Positions 33,817-44,407 of a stretch of DNA of 58,848 bases are shown here, piece by piece; position 1 is the stretch's first letter; the number at the start of each line of letters is the position of its first letter. The stretch spans positions 1-58,848 of the forward strand of contig JBDROB010000047.1 of assembly GCA_043810355.1 (NCBI GenBank), in the 5' to 3' direction. The notes beneath the pieces were generated by a model. The model worked only from the letters and a program-made list of their open reading frames with translations. It had not been told where the DNA came from and did not search any database. The DNA comes from Candidatus Woesearchaeota archaeon. Its GTDB lineage: Archaea; Nanobdellota; Nanobdellia; Woesearchaeales; JAGVYU01. The translations under genes were made by a program, and so were the position numbers.

Positions 33817-33935
33817 TTTATAGCCTCCATTATATTAATCAACACAAGATTCAGGCAAGCTACGCCCACATCTCTTGATAGAAAAAGAGAGTTTAAACCA
33901 CTTTAAAAATCTTTTGTTTATCTATTAATCCCTGT

Positions 33936-34715
33936 TCACCAGCATATTGCATCAAACACAGCTCTTGCTTCAAAAAATCCTTTTCCTTCATACTTTCCGA
34001 TCACGCAAAGCTTGTCTTCTGCCCTGACAATCTCAAATGGCTGAGACCATGGAAAAGGCCTGCTCACATAGAAATCCATGTCTTTGCCATTATGCTTCCC
34101 TTTCATTGTCATGCATCTTACATGGTCTCCTGGTCTTTTCTCATCTTCATGAGGGTTTATCATTGTACCTGTATCAATGATGTCTACACCATTTAGCATT
34201 TCATGGTTGAAATAATCCCTATATCCAAATTGTGCAGCATCATCTGCATTGTCGCCAAGCTTGTCCCTTGGATGAATCCTGTAGCCAAACATCCTGGCTG
34301 CTAGATTTGGGAATCTTGTAAAACCTCCATTATGGTAATAGCATATTGGTGAATCTTGCTCTTTTTGAGAATCTTGAATAGATAATATCCCATCTAATAA
34401 GTTTTTCCCTCCAACAAGTCCACTAGCCAAGATTGGTATAGCTGGAATTCCGATCTCAACAATTAAATTATAGGTCCATTCAGCCCAAGGATACCAATCT
34501 TGATGGCCAGCAACCATAGGGCTGTATTCAAAAAAAGCACTTATGAGATCATGGGATTCTATAGGAGCATAGGGTGCTGCTAGAACTGCAGTTGCTGCAG
34601 ATATTCCAAAAAATGGCAATGATTTGAGAAGCTTTATTTTTCCCTGTCTCTCATCCTGAGGAGGATATTTCATGCATAGGACATCCAATGATTCTTCTGG
34701 TGATAAATATCTCAT
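33936..34715 (-). CDS. hypothetical membrane-associated protein
   Basis: ORF track, hydrophobic segments near the N-terminus. Confidence 0.5.
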   Translation of the reverse strand: MRYLSPEESLDVLCMKYPPQDERQGKIKLLKSLPFFGISAATAVLAAPYAPIESHDLISAFFEYSPMVAGHQDWYPWAEWTYNLIVEIGIPAIPILASGLVGGKNLLDGILSIQDSQKEQDSPICYYHNGGFTRFPNLAARMFGYRIHPRDKLGDNADDAAQFGYRDYFNHEMLNGVDIIDTGTMINPHEDEKRPGDHVRCMTMKGKHNGKDMDFYVSRPFPWSQPFEIVRAEDKLCVIGKYEGKGFFEARAVFDAICW

Positions 34716-34767
34716 AAATCATGATTTAAAATCCTTTTATTAAAAATTTTCTATTCTTTAGAATATG

Positions 34768-35238
34768 TTATTGCTTTTTTGCCAACTGGTCAGTTATATC
34801 ATCACCAAGAGGATCGACTATTCTCAAAAGGTCTGAGCATATTGTGCCATAATGTCCTTCATTGACAAAATAAGGTGTAGTTACAACTTCTCCTTTCCTA
34901 GTGTCCCATCTGACCTGATTTTTTGGAAACATAGCTGTTCTTCCTTCAGCTCCTTCTGGATTCAGCAGATTAAAATTAAAATATTGTCCCTTTGTAATTG
35001 CCAGATGGTATGTTGCATCATCAGCTTGTACCCATAATTCAATTATATTCCTGTCATACTCATTCCTGTCAGCATGGACAATAACTCCTGAGGTCATCCC
35101 AGATTCTTCTTCAATAATTGTGTCAATATTTTCTGGTGGAAGAATATATGTTTTTTCTATCTGTCTGCAAGAAAATAGTTGAGAAGCACAAATTGCTGCA
35201 ATTCCAATAATCCTTATAGCACTTTGCCACTTCTGCAT
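34768..35238 (-). CDS. putative lipoprotein
   Basis: From ATG 35238: MQKWQSAIRIIGIAAICASQLFSC, a signal/lipobox-like N-terminus. Confidence 0.5.
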   Translation of the reverse strand: MQKWQSAIRIIGIAAICASQLFSCRQIEKTYILPPENIDTIIEEESGMTSGVIVHADRNEYDRNIIELWVQADDATYHLAITKGQYFNFNLLNPEGAEGRTAMFPKNQVRWDTRKGEVVTTPYFVNEGHYGTICSDLLRIVDPLGDDITDQLAKKQ

Positions 35239-35369
35239 TCTTTGATTATAAAATTTAATGTTAATAAATCTTGTTATTATACATTGGTTATGATTAAGAC
35301 TATGAATTACATCAATCAAACTTTCAAACAACCATAAAATATTTAAAAGATTAATTTTATAATATATTT

Positions 35370-35603
35370 ATGAAACATCTAAGCTATAGTTCAGCTACAC
35401 CTCTTGTTAAGTACAGACCACCTACAACATATGTTCCACTTCGTGCAGCCATGGATTTTGGAGGCATGGGAGGGCTTGAGGGCAAAGCAATGGGAGGCAA
35501 AGGAAAAGGTACACAAGAAAGAATGCCTCTTGAAAAAGTGGTCCTAGGAGTAATCAAACAGCTTTGGGCCCAAGCATCTGCACAGACAGGCTATTCAAAA
35601 TAG
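35370..35603 (+). CDS. hypothetical Gly-rich small protein
   Basis: ORF track, AT-rich TATA-like region directly upstream. Confidence 0.35.
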   Translation: MKHLSYSSATPLVKYRPPTTYVPLRAAMDFGGMGGLEGKAMGGKGKGTQERMPLEKVVLGVIKQLWAQASAQTGYSK

Positions 35604-35632
35604 ATTGAATCTTTTTTATAATTAACTTAAAT

Positions 35633-37267
35633 TCAATTCCCTCTTATAGAATATCCTCCAAGACAAGTATCTATTGTTCCATCATCACTTATGCTTAAAG
35701 GCCTGTCACCAAAATCAAGCCTGATAACATGCCATTTTTTATTGAGATGATCATATATTCTGTGAGAATTGGCATCCCTTCTCTCAAATAATACATGGTT
35801 TCCATCTGGGCTTAACATAAAGCAATCTCCTTCATTTACATCATCAGCTAATTTAACTCTTTCATCAGTATCTAAATTATGCCACCAATAACTATTCGGG
35901 TCTGTTGATACTAAAACATTACCAGTGCTGTTCATGCTTCTTACACCGCATTTTTCACGATGCACTAAGTCTAAGGTTTCAGTATCATAGACAAAGCTCT
36001 CAGGATCATAGCCATCTCCAGTCCTGACCAAAGCCCTATTATCTCTTTCTGACAATAGGAAGTCAGATAGATATCCTTCACTTTTTCTTGCAAATGTAGA
36101 CCAAACTCTTGAATCATAATGAGCAGCCCGTATCATTGTTTCCAAGTTTATCAGTCGACTATTTACAGGAGCTTCACATCCAGGTGCCAGGATAAAACCA
36201 GCAGGACCTACATCTGCTATCAATTGGCAGCAATATTTTGCTACCTCATATGGAGTGTGGAAAGCAAGGAGAGAAGCTGGCACATTGCCCATAAGGCACA
36301 TCATGTCACCAAGAACTTCTTTTGCATACCTCATGTCAGTGGATCCATCCAGGTGTAAAATACACTTCTTGGCTGGAAAATCCCTGAAATAATGAAGCCT
36401 GTCTGTCCAATCATTGTCATAATGAAGGACTGGTGTAATCCCAGCATTGACTAACTCTTCAATCATTGCTTTTGTGTATGGAAAATCAAATATTTCATAC
36501 ATCTCTAATGAAATTTGAGAGCCAAATGCACCTCCTATCATAGCAGTCTTAGCTCCTGAAGCTTTTACGTTTCTTATATACAAGCCAATAGACTCTTCAA
36601 AAATCCTTTTTATTGTCTTCTCAACCAAATCAGGCTGTTCACATAAGTCTCTCATTCCCTGTTGGTATGACCTTAATTGAATATAAGCTTCAAAAGGAGG
36701 ATATGGATGTGCTCCAGCATAGATGAATTTTCCTTGTCTTGCCCACATCTTGTGATAAGGGCGCATCAAAAAATATGGCAATCTGGACGAGAACTTTACC
36801 AGATAATCAAAAGATTTAGGATCAAGATTAGACATTTGCTCAAGCCATTTGTCAGGAAACCTGCTTCTCAGATCTTCGCTTTTGGCTAGAACTGAAAAAA
36901 AATGTTGAAGAAAACCTTTATCATGGATTTTTAAGCAATCAGCATGAGAAAGGACTTCTGAATCAAGCACTTGAGGTCCCTGATGGTCAGGCCAGCCATC
37001 ATACCCAGGTATTCTGGATTTAAAAGGTGTGAAATAAGCCATATACTCTGTCCACATGTTCATGACATTTGGGACAATATCAAAATCTCCCAAATTTCTC
37101 ATAGCAATCTTTGTTGCCCTGTAGATGTCATTGAAGCTGAATAAATGTTTTGACAGTGGATTTCCTGTTATAGACTGTCCTAAATTGACTATACGTGGGT
37201 CAACTGGCGGCCTGTCAATAACTTCTAGGGCTATAGCTGCTTCAACCCTGTCAATGCTTGTTACCAT
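35633..37267 (-). CDS. uroporphyrinogen-decarboxylase (URO-D/MtaA)-family protein with extra C-terminal domain
   Basis: VEAAIALEVIDRPPV N-terminus and a TIM-barrel-length region, plus about 150 aa extra. Confidence 0.6.
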   Translation of the reverse strand: MVTSIDRVEAAIALEVIDRPPVDPRIVNLGQSITGNPLSKHLFSFNDIYRATKIAMRNLGDFDIVPNVMNMWTEYMAYFTPFKSRIPGYDGWPDHQGPQVLDSEVLSHADCLKIHDKGFLQHFFSVLAKSEDLRSRFPDKWLEQMSNLDPKSFDYLVKFSSRLPYFLMRPYHKMWARQGKFIYAGAHPYPPFEAYIQLRSYQQGMRDLCEQPDLVEKTIKRIFEESIGLYIRNVKASGAKTAMIGGAFGSQISLEMYEIFDFPYTKAMIEELVNAGITPVLHYDNDWTDRLHYFRDFPAKKCILHLDGSTDMRYAKEVLGDMMCLMGNVPASLLAFHTPYEVAKYCCQLIADVGPAGFILAPGCEAPVNSRLINLETMIRAAHYDSRVWSTFARKSEGYLSDFLLSERDNRALVRTGDGYDPESFVYDTETLDLVHREKCGVRSMNSTGNVLVSTDPNSYWWHNLDTDERVKLADDVNEGDCFMLSPDGNHVLFERRDANSHRIYDHLNKKWHVIRLDFGDRPLSISDDGTIDTCLGGYSIRGN

Positions 37268-37316
37268 TGTTAGTGGGAAAAAGAATCCTTTTATATAAAT
37301 TGTTGGAATGCAGGAT

Positions 37317-37450
37317 TCATATCAAAGAATATCTTTGTATCAGATAATTTCTTCATATCAAAGGATATCTAATATAATACTGAAAAATATATATTTTTTG
37401 TTGAATAGATGGATAGTTAATATTGTTGAATGGTTAATATTGTTGAATAG
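37317..37450. promoter_or_regulatory. two families of direct repeats in a divergent intergenic region
   Basis: TCATATCAAAGRATATCT twice (37317-37336, 37352-37370). TAATATTGTTGAATRG in tandem (37418-37433, 37435-37450), plus TTGTTGAATAG at 37398. Confidence 0.55.
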
Positions 37451-37573
37451 ATAATATTGAACATATTCCTGTAATCATAATTATCGAATTACACATATCT
37501 ATTTAAATAAAATTTTCCTCCCTAAAGAGATGTATTTATAGGATTAAACCTTTAAAAAGTTGGGGATATCTAT

Positions 37574-38638
37574 ATGTATTCATTGGCATCTATATGTAAA
37601 ACAGCAGGAAGTTCTTTAGGTTATGCCTGCAGGCATACAGCAGAATTTGCAAGAAGGAACAGAAAAAGGATAGTCCTTGGAGGAGCTGCTCTTTCTTTGC
37701 CACTTATAGCAGGCTGTGTCCAGCAGAACCAAAGCCAGGATATTCTTCAGAATGCACTGGTTTCAATGAGCCCTGCTCAAGCACAATCTGTCGTGTCTCC
37801 TCAACTTCCTAGAAAAGCAGGAGTAAGACTGGATGACATAGCAATTGCAAACTATCACGCATCAGATAGGGTTTTGGCAGGTGATACTGATTGGGAGTTG
37901 ATGAGGATTCCGATTGGAAAAAGCCATAAGGCAATACAGCACCAGCTGAGAGACAGGAGATTGGGAAAGCTGGATTCAATCAACATAAGTGTTGACAAGA
38001 GCAAAGGCTATACTTTTGAAGTCGGCCATTCCATAGACTGGTTCAGTCTTGGCAGGTCACATAACCAGATGATGATGCTGCGTTATCTGGGCATTGATTT
38101 TACGACATTTGAAGACTGGAGAGACAATGCAATGTTAGGCACCCCTTATATTGGCTTGGGAAAAAACCTTAATGACAGATGGTCAGTTTGGGGCATTGTT
38201 GCAGGAGTCTATGGTGATATCTCAAATGACAAGCCATTGATGGATGCAGATTTCTACATGTGGGGCATGTGTGCTGAAGCAGGCTTTACCTTTTACCCTT
38301 TTGGAAAGACAGATCCTGTTTTTCAAGAAAAAGGGTTTGCAAGGATATTAGAGTCATTAAAGCAGGCAAAGCCGTTTGTCACAGCTTCATTAGGTGTTGC
38401 CTATACAGAGGGTGGAGGGCTTATGAGCCTTCATGGCCCTGTCATCGAGATAATGGGATTTGAGATGATAAACCATCATCTAGGGTCTTATGCTGTTGGA
38501 AGAATAGGGGTTGATGTTCCTTTGACACAAAGGATTGACTTATATATTTCAGGAGGAGGAGGCAAGTATCTGTTTAAGGAAGGAGATGAACTGGATCATG
38601 CTACAGCTAGATTTGGCTGCAGATGGCAATTGAACTGA
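37574..38638 (+). CDS. putative lipoprotein, paralog A
   Basis: ICKTAG... then LSLPLIAGC lipobox-like. Paralogous to the next ORF. Confidence 0.55.
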   Translation: MYSLASICKTAGSSLGYACRHTAEFARRNRKRIVLGGAALSLPLIAGCVQQNQSQDILQNALVSMSPAQAQSVVSPQLPRKAGVRLDDIAIANYHASDRVLAGDTDWELMRIPIGKSHKAIQHQLRDRRLGKLDSINISVDKSKGYTFEVGHSIDWFSLGRSHNQMMMLRYLGIDFTTFEDWRDNAMLGTPYIGLGKNLNDRWSVWGIVAGVYGDISNDKPLMDADFYMWGMCAEAGFTFYPFGKTDPVFQEKGFARILESLKQAKPFVTASLGVAYTEGGGLMSLHGPVIEIMGFEMINHHLGSYAVGRIGVDVPLTQRIDLYISGGGGKYLFKEGDELDHATARFGCRWQLN

Positions 38639-38648
38639 AAAGGTAAAA

Positions 38649-39725
38649 ATGACAGTATTGACAACGATATGTAAAAGAGCAGGTGATATCATTGGCAAGG
38701 CTTATGATAGTTCTAGAGCAATCCTAAGAAGCAAGAGGACAAGGTTTGCTGCTGCTGCAGGTTTGCTTTTGTTAGGAGCCAATTGTGCCACAGCAAATAA
38801 GAGCCAAGAAGCACATCATCAGGCTCTATCAGCCCAAAGGCATGTTCTGACTCAACATGCAGAGGTTTATGATGTATATTCCATCAGAGAGCCTTCCAAA
38901 AGAGTGACAATTGATGATGCTGTCCTGAGCATTGCACTTGACAACTCAAATCCTGGAGTTGCTCACCAGATGAGGGACTTGTACAGGGAAAGGAATCTGG
39001 ATTCAATAAACTTCAGTGTCAGAAGAGTTCCTGAACCTGTTGACAAGAATCAAGGTTATTATACTTTTGGAGAGATTGAGACAAGACGATTCAGGTTTGA
39101 GAATATCAACCAGCAAGTTGCTATATTGGATTTGACTGGATCAACATTTAAGAACCTCTGTTACATGAATGATAATTTTATAGCACAGACACCTGTTTAT
39201 GGCCAGGAAAAGAGGTTTAAAGATAGATTTGCAGTTGGTTACAAGATTATATTCTTTGCAATGAATTTTTACAATGAAAAACCTGTACTGGATGGTTATC
39301 TCTCTGATTTATTGATTTTTAAAGCAGATTTCCATTCAGAAGGAGCTGGTGCAGGAGGATTTTTTGAATGGCATCCTTTTGGATATGTAGATGAGAAAAG
39401 AAAAGTATTACCTTCTCTTGGTATTGGAGCTGGTGCTGAATACACAGGAGGAACTGTGAGTACTTCACTGGAATTTCCTGCTTTATCTCAGGGAGTACTT
39501 GCTCAAGAGTTTGCTTATTTTAATTTCTATGCTGAAGTCTTTGCAAGACTTAATTTGCACATAAACAAGAATGGAGATGAAGGATACATTGGTTATTCCT
39601 ATCAGTGGCATTCCCATAATCCAGAAGACATGGACTGCCACAAATTGGTTATAGGTTATAGGATGTTTGTCCCTCTGGCAAACTCTGAGAGAAAGCTATC
39701 TTTTAGGGATGCCAGGAGGAATTGA
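38649..39725 (+). CDS. putative lipoprotein, paralog B
   Basis: ICKRAG... then LLLLGANC. Shared internal blocks (LDSINxSV, etc.). Confidence 0.55.
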   Translation: MTVLTTICKRAGDIIGKAYDSSRAILRSKRTRFAAAAGLLLLGANCATANKSQEAHHQALSAQRHVLTQHAEVYDVYSIREPSKRVTIDDAVLSIALDNSNPGVAHQMRDLYRERNLDSINFSVRRVPEPVDKNQGYYTFGEIETRRFRFENINQQVAILDLTGSTFKNLCYMNDNFIAQTPVYGQEKRFKDRFAVGYKIIFFAMNFYNEKPVLDGYLSDLLIFKADFHSEGAGAGGFFEWHPFGYVDEKRKVLPSLGIGAGAEYTGGTVSTSLEFPALSQGVLAQEFAYFNFYAEVFARLNLHINKNGDEGYIGYSYQWHSHNPEDMDCHKLVIGYRMFVPLANSERKLSFRDARRN

Positions 39726-39830
39726 TTGTATGTTACAAACTTATAAATTCATTCAAACTATTTGGAAGTAAATCCCATATACCTCATATTACCATATTTT
39801 TCTAAATTATGTATATAAAAAGATAATTCA

Positions 39831-41022
39831 TTATCTTAACCCTATGATATCCTTTAATACTCGTTTTGCAATATTCCTATAAGCAACTCTTACCTCATCT
39901 GGAGCTGGAGGGCAGCCTGCAATATATTCTGATCTTCCATTTAAATGGCAACATTGATATCTGTCCTCTGTACATTGCCCCAAAAATATTGCATGTCTTG
40001 TATCTTCAGTAGCCAAAGATTCTTTTCCAGAAAAAATTGTAATACCTCCTTTAGATAATAAATTATTGATAAGCATTGGAAGATACATACGCCAATTGCT
40101 CCTTTCTCTGCCTAAAGCATTTTTCATAGTTGATGCACATGCTGTGCAAGTTGTATCTCCAAATAAAAAAGTTGTTTTGCGATTTATGACTCTGCCATCA
40201 GAAGGAGGTTCTTGTATATTGATGTAATCAACATAATCACCAACAATCCTTACATCTTCATCCACATCAATATGTTTGATTCTATATGGATCAATACCTA
40301 CTTGTTTTGCTGCAAAAGTATCTACTTGAGAATTATCTGTTCCAACTACCATAAAATTTGCATAAATAGGTGTGCCTTTTGTTCCTGTTCCAAATCCTTC
40401 AATTGCAGGCATTGCACTTAATAAGACTAGATCAGGCTTTACAATTTTTATTTAGAGCTTTTATTGCATCATGCAAACCACTCATATGAAATCCTTTTTG
40501 GTAAGTTGATTCTATACACCCCTTTAGGTTCTTAGAAGCCATTGTAAGCAATGTCTGTATATGTGTTTTTATTGTAGGCATTGAAATAAAAAAAGTGTCT
40601 GGATCAATAAAACCCTCCCAGATTTCAATATATCCTGAATCATGATATTTAAACTCAAATTCTTCTCGTTCTAAACGGGGGTTTTTTACATCTATAAGTT
40701 CTACATCTCCGCCATATTCTTCTACTAATTTGTCGATTCCTGTGGCTTTGACTACTTCACCAAAATTAATATCCATTGGAGGTGCCTCTGCAATAATTAT
40801 CTGAAGACTTTCATTCCTTTCTCTCAGATAATCAATAGTTGCTCGTATAGCTGCCTTAGGAGTAATATATCCGTCAGGAAATGGACCTACAATATTTGGT
40901 TTTATGACTACTCTTTTTCCAGACAAGGAACCAATCTCTAGATCTTCAAAAGGTTGATGAATCTTAGATCTGATTGTATCTGGTGTCACAGAGTATATTC
41001 CAACAACATTTCTTAATACCAT
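39831..41022 (-). pseudogene. DUF362-family gene split by a 1-nt frameshift
   Basis: N-part GKRVVIKPNIVGP... ends KALNKNCKA*. The other frame reads IKIVKPDLVLLSAMPAIEGFGTG straight into ORF 39831..40412. The shift lies in the A/T run near 40440-40452. Confidence 0.7.
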
Positions 41023-41042
41023 CTTTAGTCACCTAAAAAAAC

Positions 41043-42236
41043 CTAATTTTTCTTTGCAGGCCTATGGTCTACCCTCTCATACCATGGATTATCATTCAGT
41101 TCAAGCAGTGTCTCTAATGCTCCTTGTTTTCTTTTTGCACAATGGTCAAGACCTCTATAAAGCAATTCATCTCTTGCTAGTGCTTTGTCTTGATGATTAC
41201 TTGCTTGTTCATCAAAATAAGCTTCTATAGCTTCTAATCCGTGTAGATTCATTCTTTCGACAAGGTAAGGTACACTCACAGGTACATTTTCTGTTCTGCC
41301 ATGGTCTAGATGCATTATTAGCTGTGCTTCTTCCTTAGGATCTCCTGTACCTTTGCCAGTCATGCCAAATTTCATCTCAATGTCATTAGAACTGATATGC
41401 CCAAACCCTTTAATGATTCCAATGACTTTCTCAGATTGAGTATAATGATATGCAGAGCCAGGGTAAAGTGCATCTATTGTTCCTGTTATATAAATCATAG
41501 GGACATTAATCCCTTCAATAATCTCTTTTGAGCACCATAAGGTTGCAGGTGATGAGACAAATCCTGTTATAAATCCGTCTGAAAACTCATTGAGAATATA
41601 TGGAGTTGCCCAGCCACCTAATGAATATCCTCCTAAAACAGCTTTTTCAAAATCAGCATTTACAAGATTATTTGCTGCATATCCTTTAATTGCTTTTATT
41701 GCAAATCTGCTCTGCTCAAGTCTTTCATTAAAAGCTCTTCCAGCTTCTTCTCCATCCAATCCATTTCCAAACAGATTTTGAATACTGACTTCCCCAAAAA
41801 AATCCATAAGAGCTCTTCTGTCTAGATCAATTGAAAATTTATAGTCATCACCCCTTATCCTCCCTGCATTTGCAAAATCAAAAAAATGAGGTGCAGCTAC
41901 AAAATATCCTCTTCTCGCAAGTCCTTTTAATGTTACAAATGAGCTTATCGGAGATTTTGATAATCCATGCAGAAATATCACTCCTTGTGATTTACCTTCA
42001 TATCCTATAGGAAACCAAAAATCTGTTCTCATCTCCCTGCCATCAGGCATTTCAAAATTTACTTTCTCAAATCCTACTTCATACAGTGGTGTCTGATTTT
42101 GTTCTGCTAGTTGAATATCATTAGATTCCATCCTGTTTCCTTCTGCTACATATCTCTCTCTTTTTGAAGCACACCCTGTTAAAGCTAATGCAGCACAACT
42201 TCTGAGAAAGCCTCTTCTGGTTTGTTCATTGTTCAT
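41043..42236 (-). CDS. Tat-signal alpha/beta hydrolase lipoprotein
   Basis: TRRGFLRSCAALALTGC. Nucleophile elbow GYSLGG. Confidence 0.7.
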   Translation of the reverse strand: MNNEQTRRGFLRSCAALALTGCASKRERYVAEGNRMESNDIQLAEQNQTPLYEVGFEKVNFEMPDGREMRTDFWFPIGYEGKSQGVIFLHGLSKSPISSFVTLKGLARRGYFVAAPHFFDFANAGRIRGDDYKFSIDLDRRALMDFFGEVSIQNLFGNGLDGEEAGRAFNERLEQSRFAIKAIKGYAANNLVNADFEKAVLGGYSLGGWATPYILNEFSDGFITGFVSSPATLWCSKEIIEGINVPMIYITGTIDALYPGSAYHYTQSEKVIGIIKGFGHISSNDIEMKFGMTGKGTGDPKEEAQLIMHLDHGRTENVPVSVPYLVERMNLHGLEAIEAYFDEQASNHQDKALARDELLYRGLDHCAKRKQGALETLLELNDNPWYERVDHRPAKKN

Positions 42237-42257
42237 TTTTCATTACCTCATGTGATA

Positions 42258-43163
42258 TTAATCCAATAATCCACCTGCTGTTAATTCAGCAGCTGCTTTT
42301 TCTACTGTATCTCCTTTTGTTCCAGTTGAATACAAGGCAGATACAACTGTTTTATCCTGGTATGCTTGAAATATCCAATTCATTGGGATTGAGTTGCCAC
42401 CTTTTGGATCTGGGTGCAAAATGCTGAAAAATGTCATATCACGCATTGCTTTAACTTGAGCTGGATCAGTAATCACAACTCTTTCACCTACTTGATAACC
42501 ACATTCACAGATTGTGTATGTTTGGATTGCAGCTTCATCTGGAGTTGTCTCAAATCTAACTCTGCTGCCTGCTGCAAAATAATAAACAGTTCTACTTGGA
42601 CCCCACCAAATGTACTTTCGTTTCTCTTTGCTGACAGATCCTCTGAAGTTTTCCCAAGATAATACATGCTCTAAATTATCATAACTTTCCTGATTAAACT
42701 CAACATTTGAGTCTAATTCAGGCCCTAATTTTGGTTTTTTTTCTTTTTGAAATCTTTTTGCATCGCTTAAAAATCCTCGACTATCACTGGTTATTAATTC
42801 ATTTGTCAAATCCTTACCTGTTAAAACAGTTTGAATTTCGTATTGAATCTTTTGTTTTTTTAATTTATCAAATAACTCTTGTTTACTGAGTCCCTCAGGA
42901 AGGCTTTCCCACCATTCTTTTTCAACTCTTAATCTTCCTGTAACAACAGGGATTGCACCCCAGCATGCATAAACATCAATCTCAGTTAATATTTTGTATT
43001 CTATATTCCTTTTGTCAAAATCTTCCTGAGTAATTTTTTCAAATTCTGATTTAGTTTCCTGTGCAGCAGCAGATGCTGAATTTTGCATTGCCAAATATTC
43101 TAATCCAACTAAACCTGCAGCAATGGCTGGAAGCTGCATAAATTGTCTTCTAGATTGTTTCAT
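42258..43163 (-). CDS. Tat-signal protein, unknown function
   Basis: MKQSRRQFMQLPAIAAGLVG. Confidence 0.55.
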   Translation of the reverse strand: MKQSRRQFMQLPAIAAGLVGLEYLAMQNSASAAAQETKSEFEKITQEDFDKRNIEYKILTEIDVYACWGAIPVVTGRLRVEKEWWESLPEGLSKQELFDKLKKQKIQYEIQTVLTGKDLTNELITSDSRGFLSDAKRFQKEKKPKLGPELDSNVEFNQESYDNLEHVLSWENFRGSVSKEKRKYIWWGPSRTVYYFAAGSRVRFETTPDEAAIQTYTICECGYQVGERVVITDPAQVKAMRDMTFFSILHPDPKGGNSIPMNWIFQAYQDKTVVSALYSTGTKGDTVEKAAAELTAGGLLD

Positions 43164-43168
43164 CTTAA

Positions 43169-44407
43169 TCAATACCTCACCAAATTTTTCACAAAATCAT
43201 TTTGTTTTAACAGATCTAGCCTGTCATAGCCACTTCTGTCTCTTTCAATACAAGCGGTTATAAATGCAGAAGTTGCTTCAATCATTATCTGTGCTTTTTC
43301 AGAACTATGGTCTAAGTCTCTTTTATAATGTCTGAGCAGTCTGATTCCATCCATTGGATTCATGCTTGGCAATTCAATATCTTCTCCACAATTGCTTAAA
43401 TCAACTGCTTCCATTGGCTTTTCTCTCGTTCCTACATCAGGATAATCTTCAAAAAACCTGCTGCTGTCAAAACCATCTTCTCCTTTTCGCAGATATTTTT
43501 TCCCTATTCCAGAATCATAAAACGCTTTGAATGCAGGCCCAAAATGCCCATAATCGTCAATATTTAGAAATACTCTCTCCCCTCTAGCATGACGAAACCT
43601 GGATTCAACATGTTCTTCAAGTATGTCATCTCCACCAGTAGAAACAAAGATTGGCTTTCTGATCCTTCTCATCTCTCTATCTGAATACCATTGCATTGAT
43701 GGTGTTATACAGATTGCAGCGACATAATCATCATAATCTTGTTGGATGAGATGCAATGATGTCAGACCACCTAATGACTGCCCAGCAATAATCAGATTAT
43801 CCATATCTAATCTGCCTTTTAATCCTTTTACATGATTATTGACATATGAAGCAATATTTTTCAAAGCCCTATGTTCTCTCAATCTGTGATTGATTAACAG
43901 ATGGTCATAAAACTCCTCTTCACTTATTGGCCCTTTTATAACTCTCTTTTTCAGCACATTCCATAATCTTTTTGAAAATTCTGACCAGTCTGGATGGATA
44001 CCTCCTCTGAATATTCCAGAGTCCATGCTGTCAAGAATCAGGATATCATTGTGGTTTGCAACAACCACAATATATCCTCTCTTAGCCCAGGCAGATGCCA
44101 TATGCTCTTGACTGTCTGCTCTCAAGAAAAATCCTGGTGAATAAAGGATGACTTTAGATGGTTCTTCTTTGTCAAGAGGATAATATATCCTGGTTTCAAG
44201 TTCTTCTTCAAGTGTGCTTACACAAAATTTGCCTTTCTTCACACCAACCTTATAGACATCATCGTAGGTTTTTCCAGCAAACACCCTGTCTTTTGCTTCA
44301 AACATCTCAATTGCTTGCTCTAAGGTAATCCCAGGATTATCTGCACTAGCTGCTATCGCAGATCCTCCTAAGAATCCAATCATCTCAAATAAACTTCTTC
44401 TTTTCAT
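43169..44407 (-). CDS. alpha/beta hydrolase with signal-like N-terminus
   Basis: GQSLGG elbow. Paralogous to its neighbours. Confidence 0.65.
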   Translation of the reverse strand: MKRRSLFEMIGFLGGSAIAASADNPGITLEQAIEMFEAKDRVFAGKTYDDVYKVGVKKGKFCVSTLEEELETRIYYPLDKEEPSKVILYSPGFFLRADSQEHMASAWAKRGYIVVVANHNDILILDSMDSGIFRGGIHPDWSEFSKRLWNVLKKRVIKGPISEEEFYDHLLINHRLREHRALKNIASYVNNHVKGLKGRLDMDNLIIAGQSLGGLTSLHLIQQDYDDYVAAICITPSMQWYSDREMRRIRKPIFVSTGGDDILEEHVESRFRHARGERVFLNIDDYGHFGPAFKAFYDSGIGKKYLRKGEDGFDSSRFFEDYPDVGTREKPMEAVDLSNCGEDIELPSMNPMDGIRLLRHYKRDLDHSSEKAQIMIEATSAFITACIERDRSGYDRLDLLKQNDFVKNLVRY

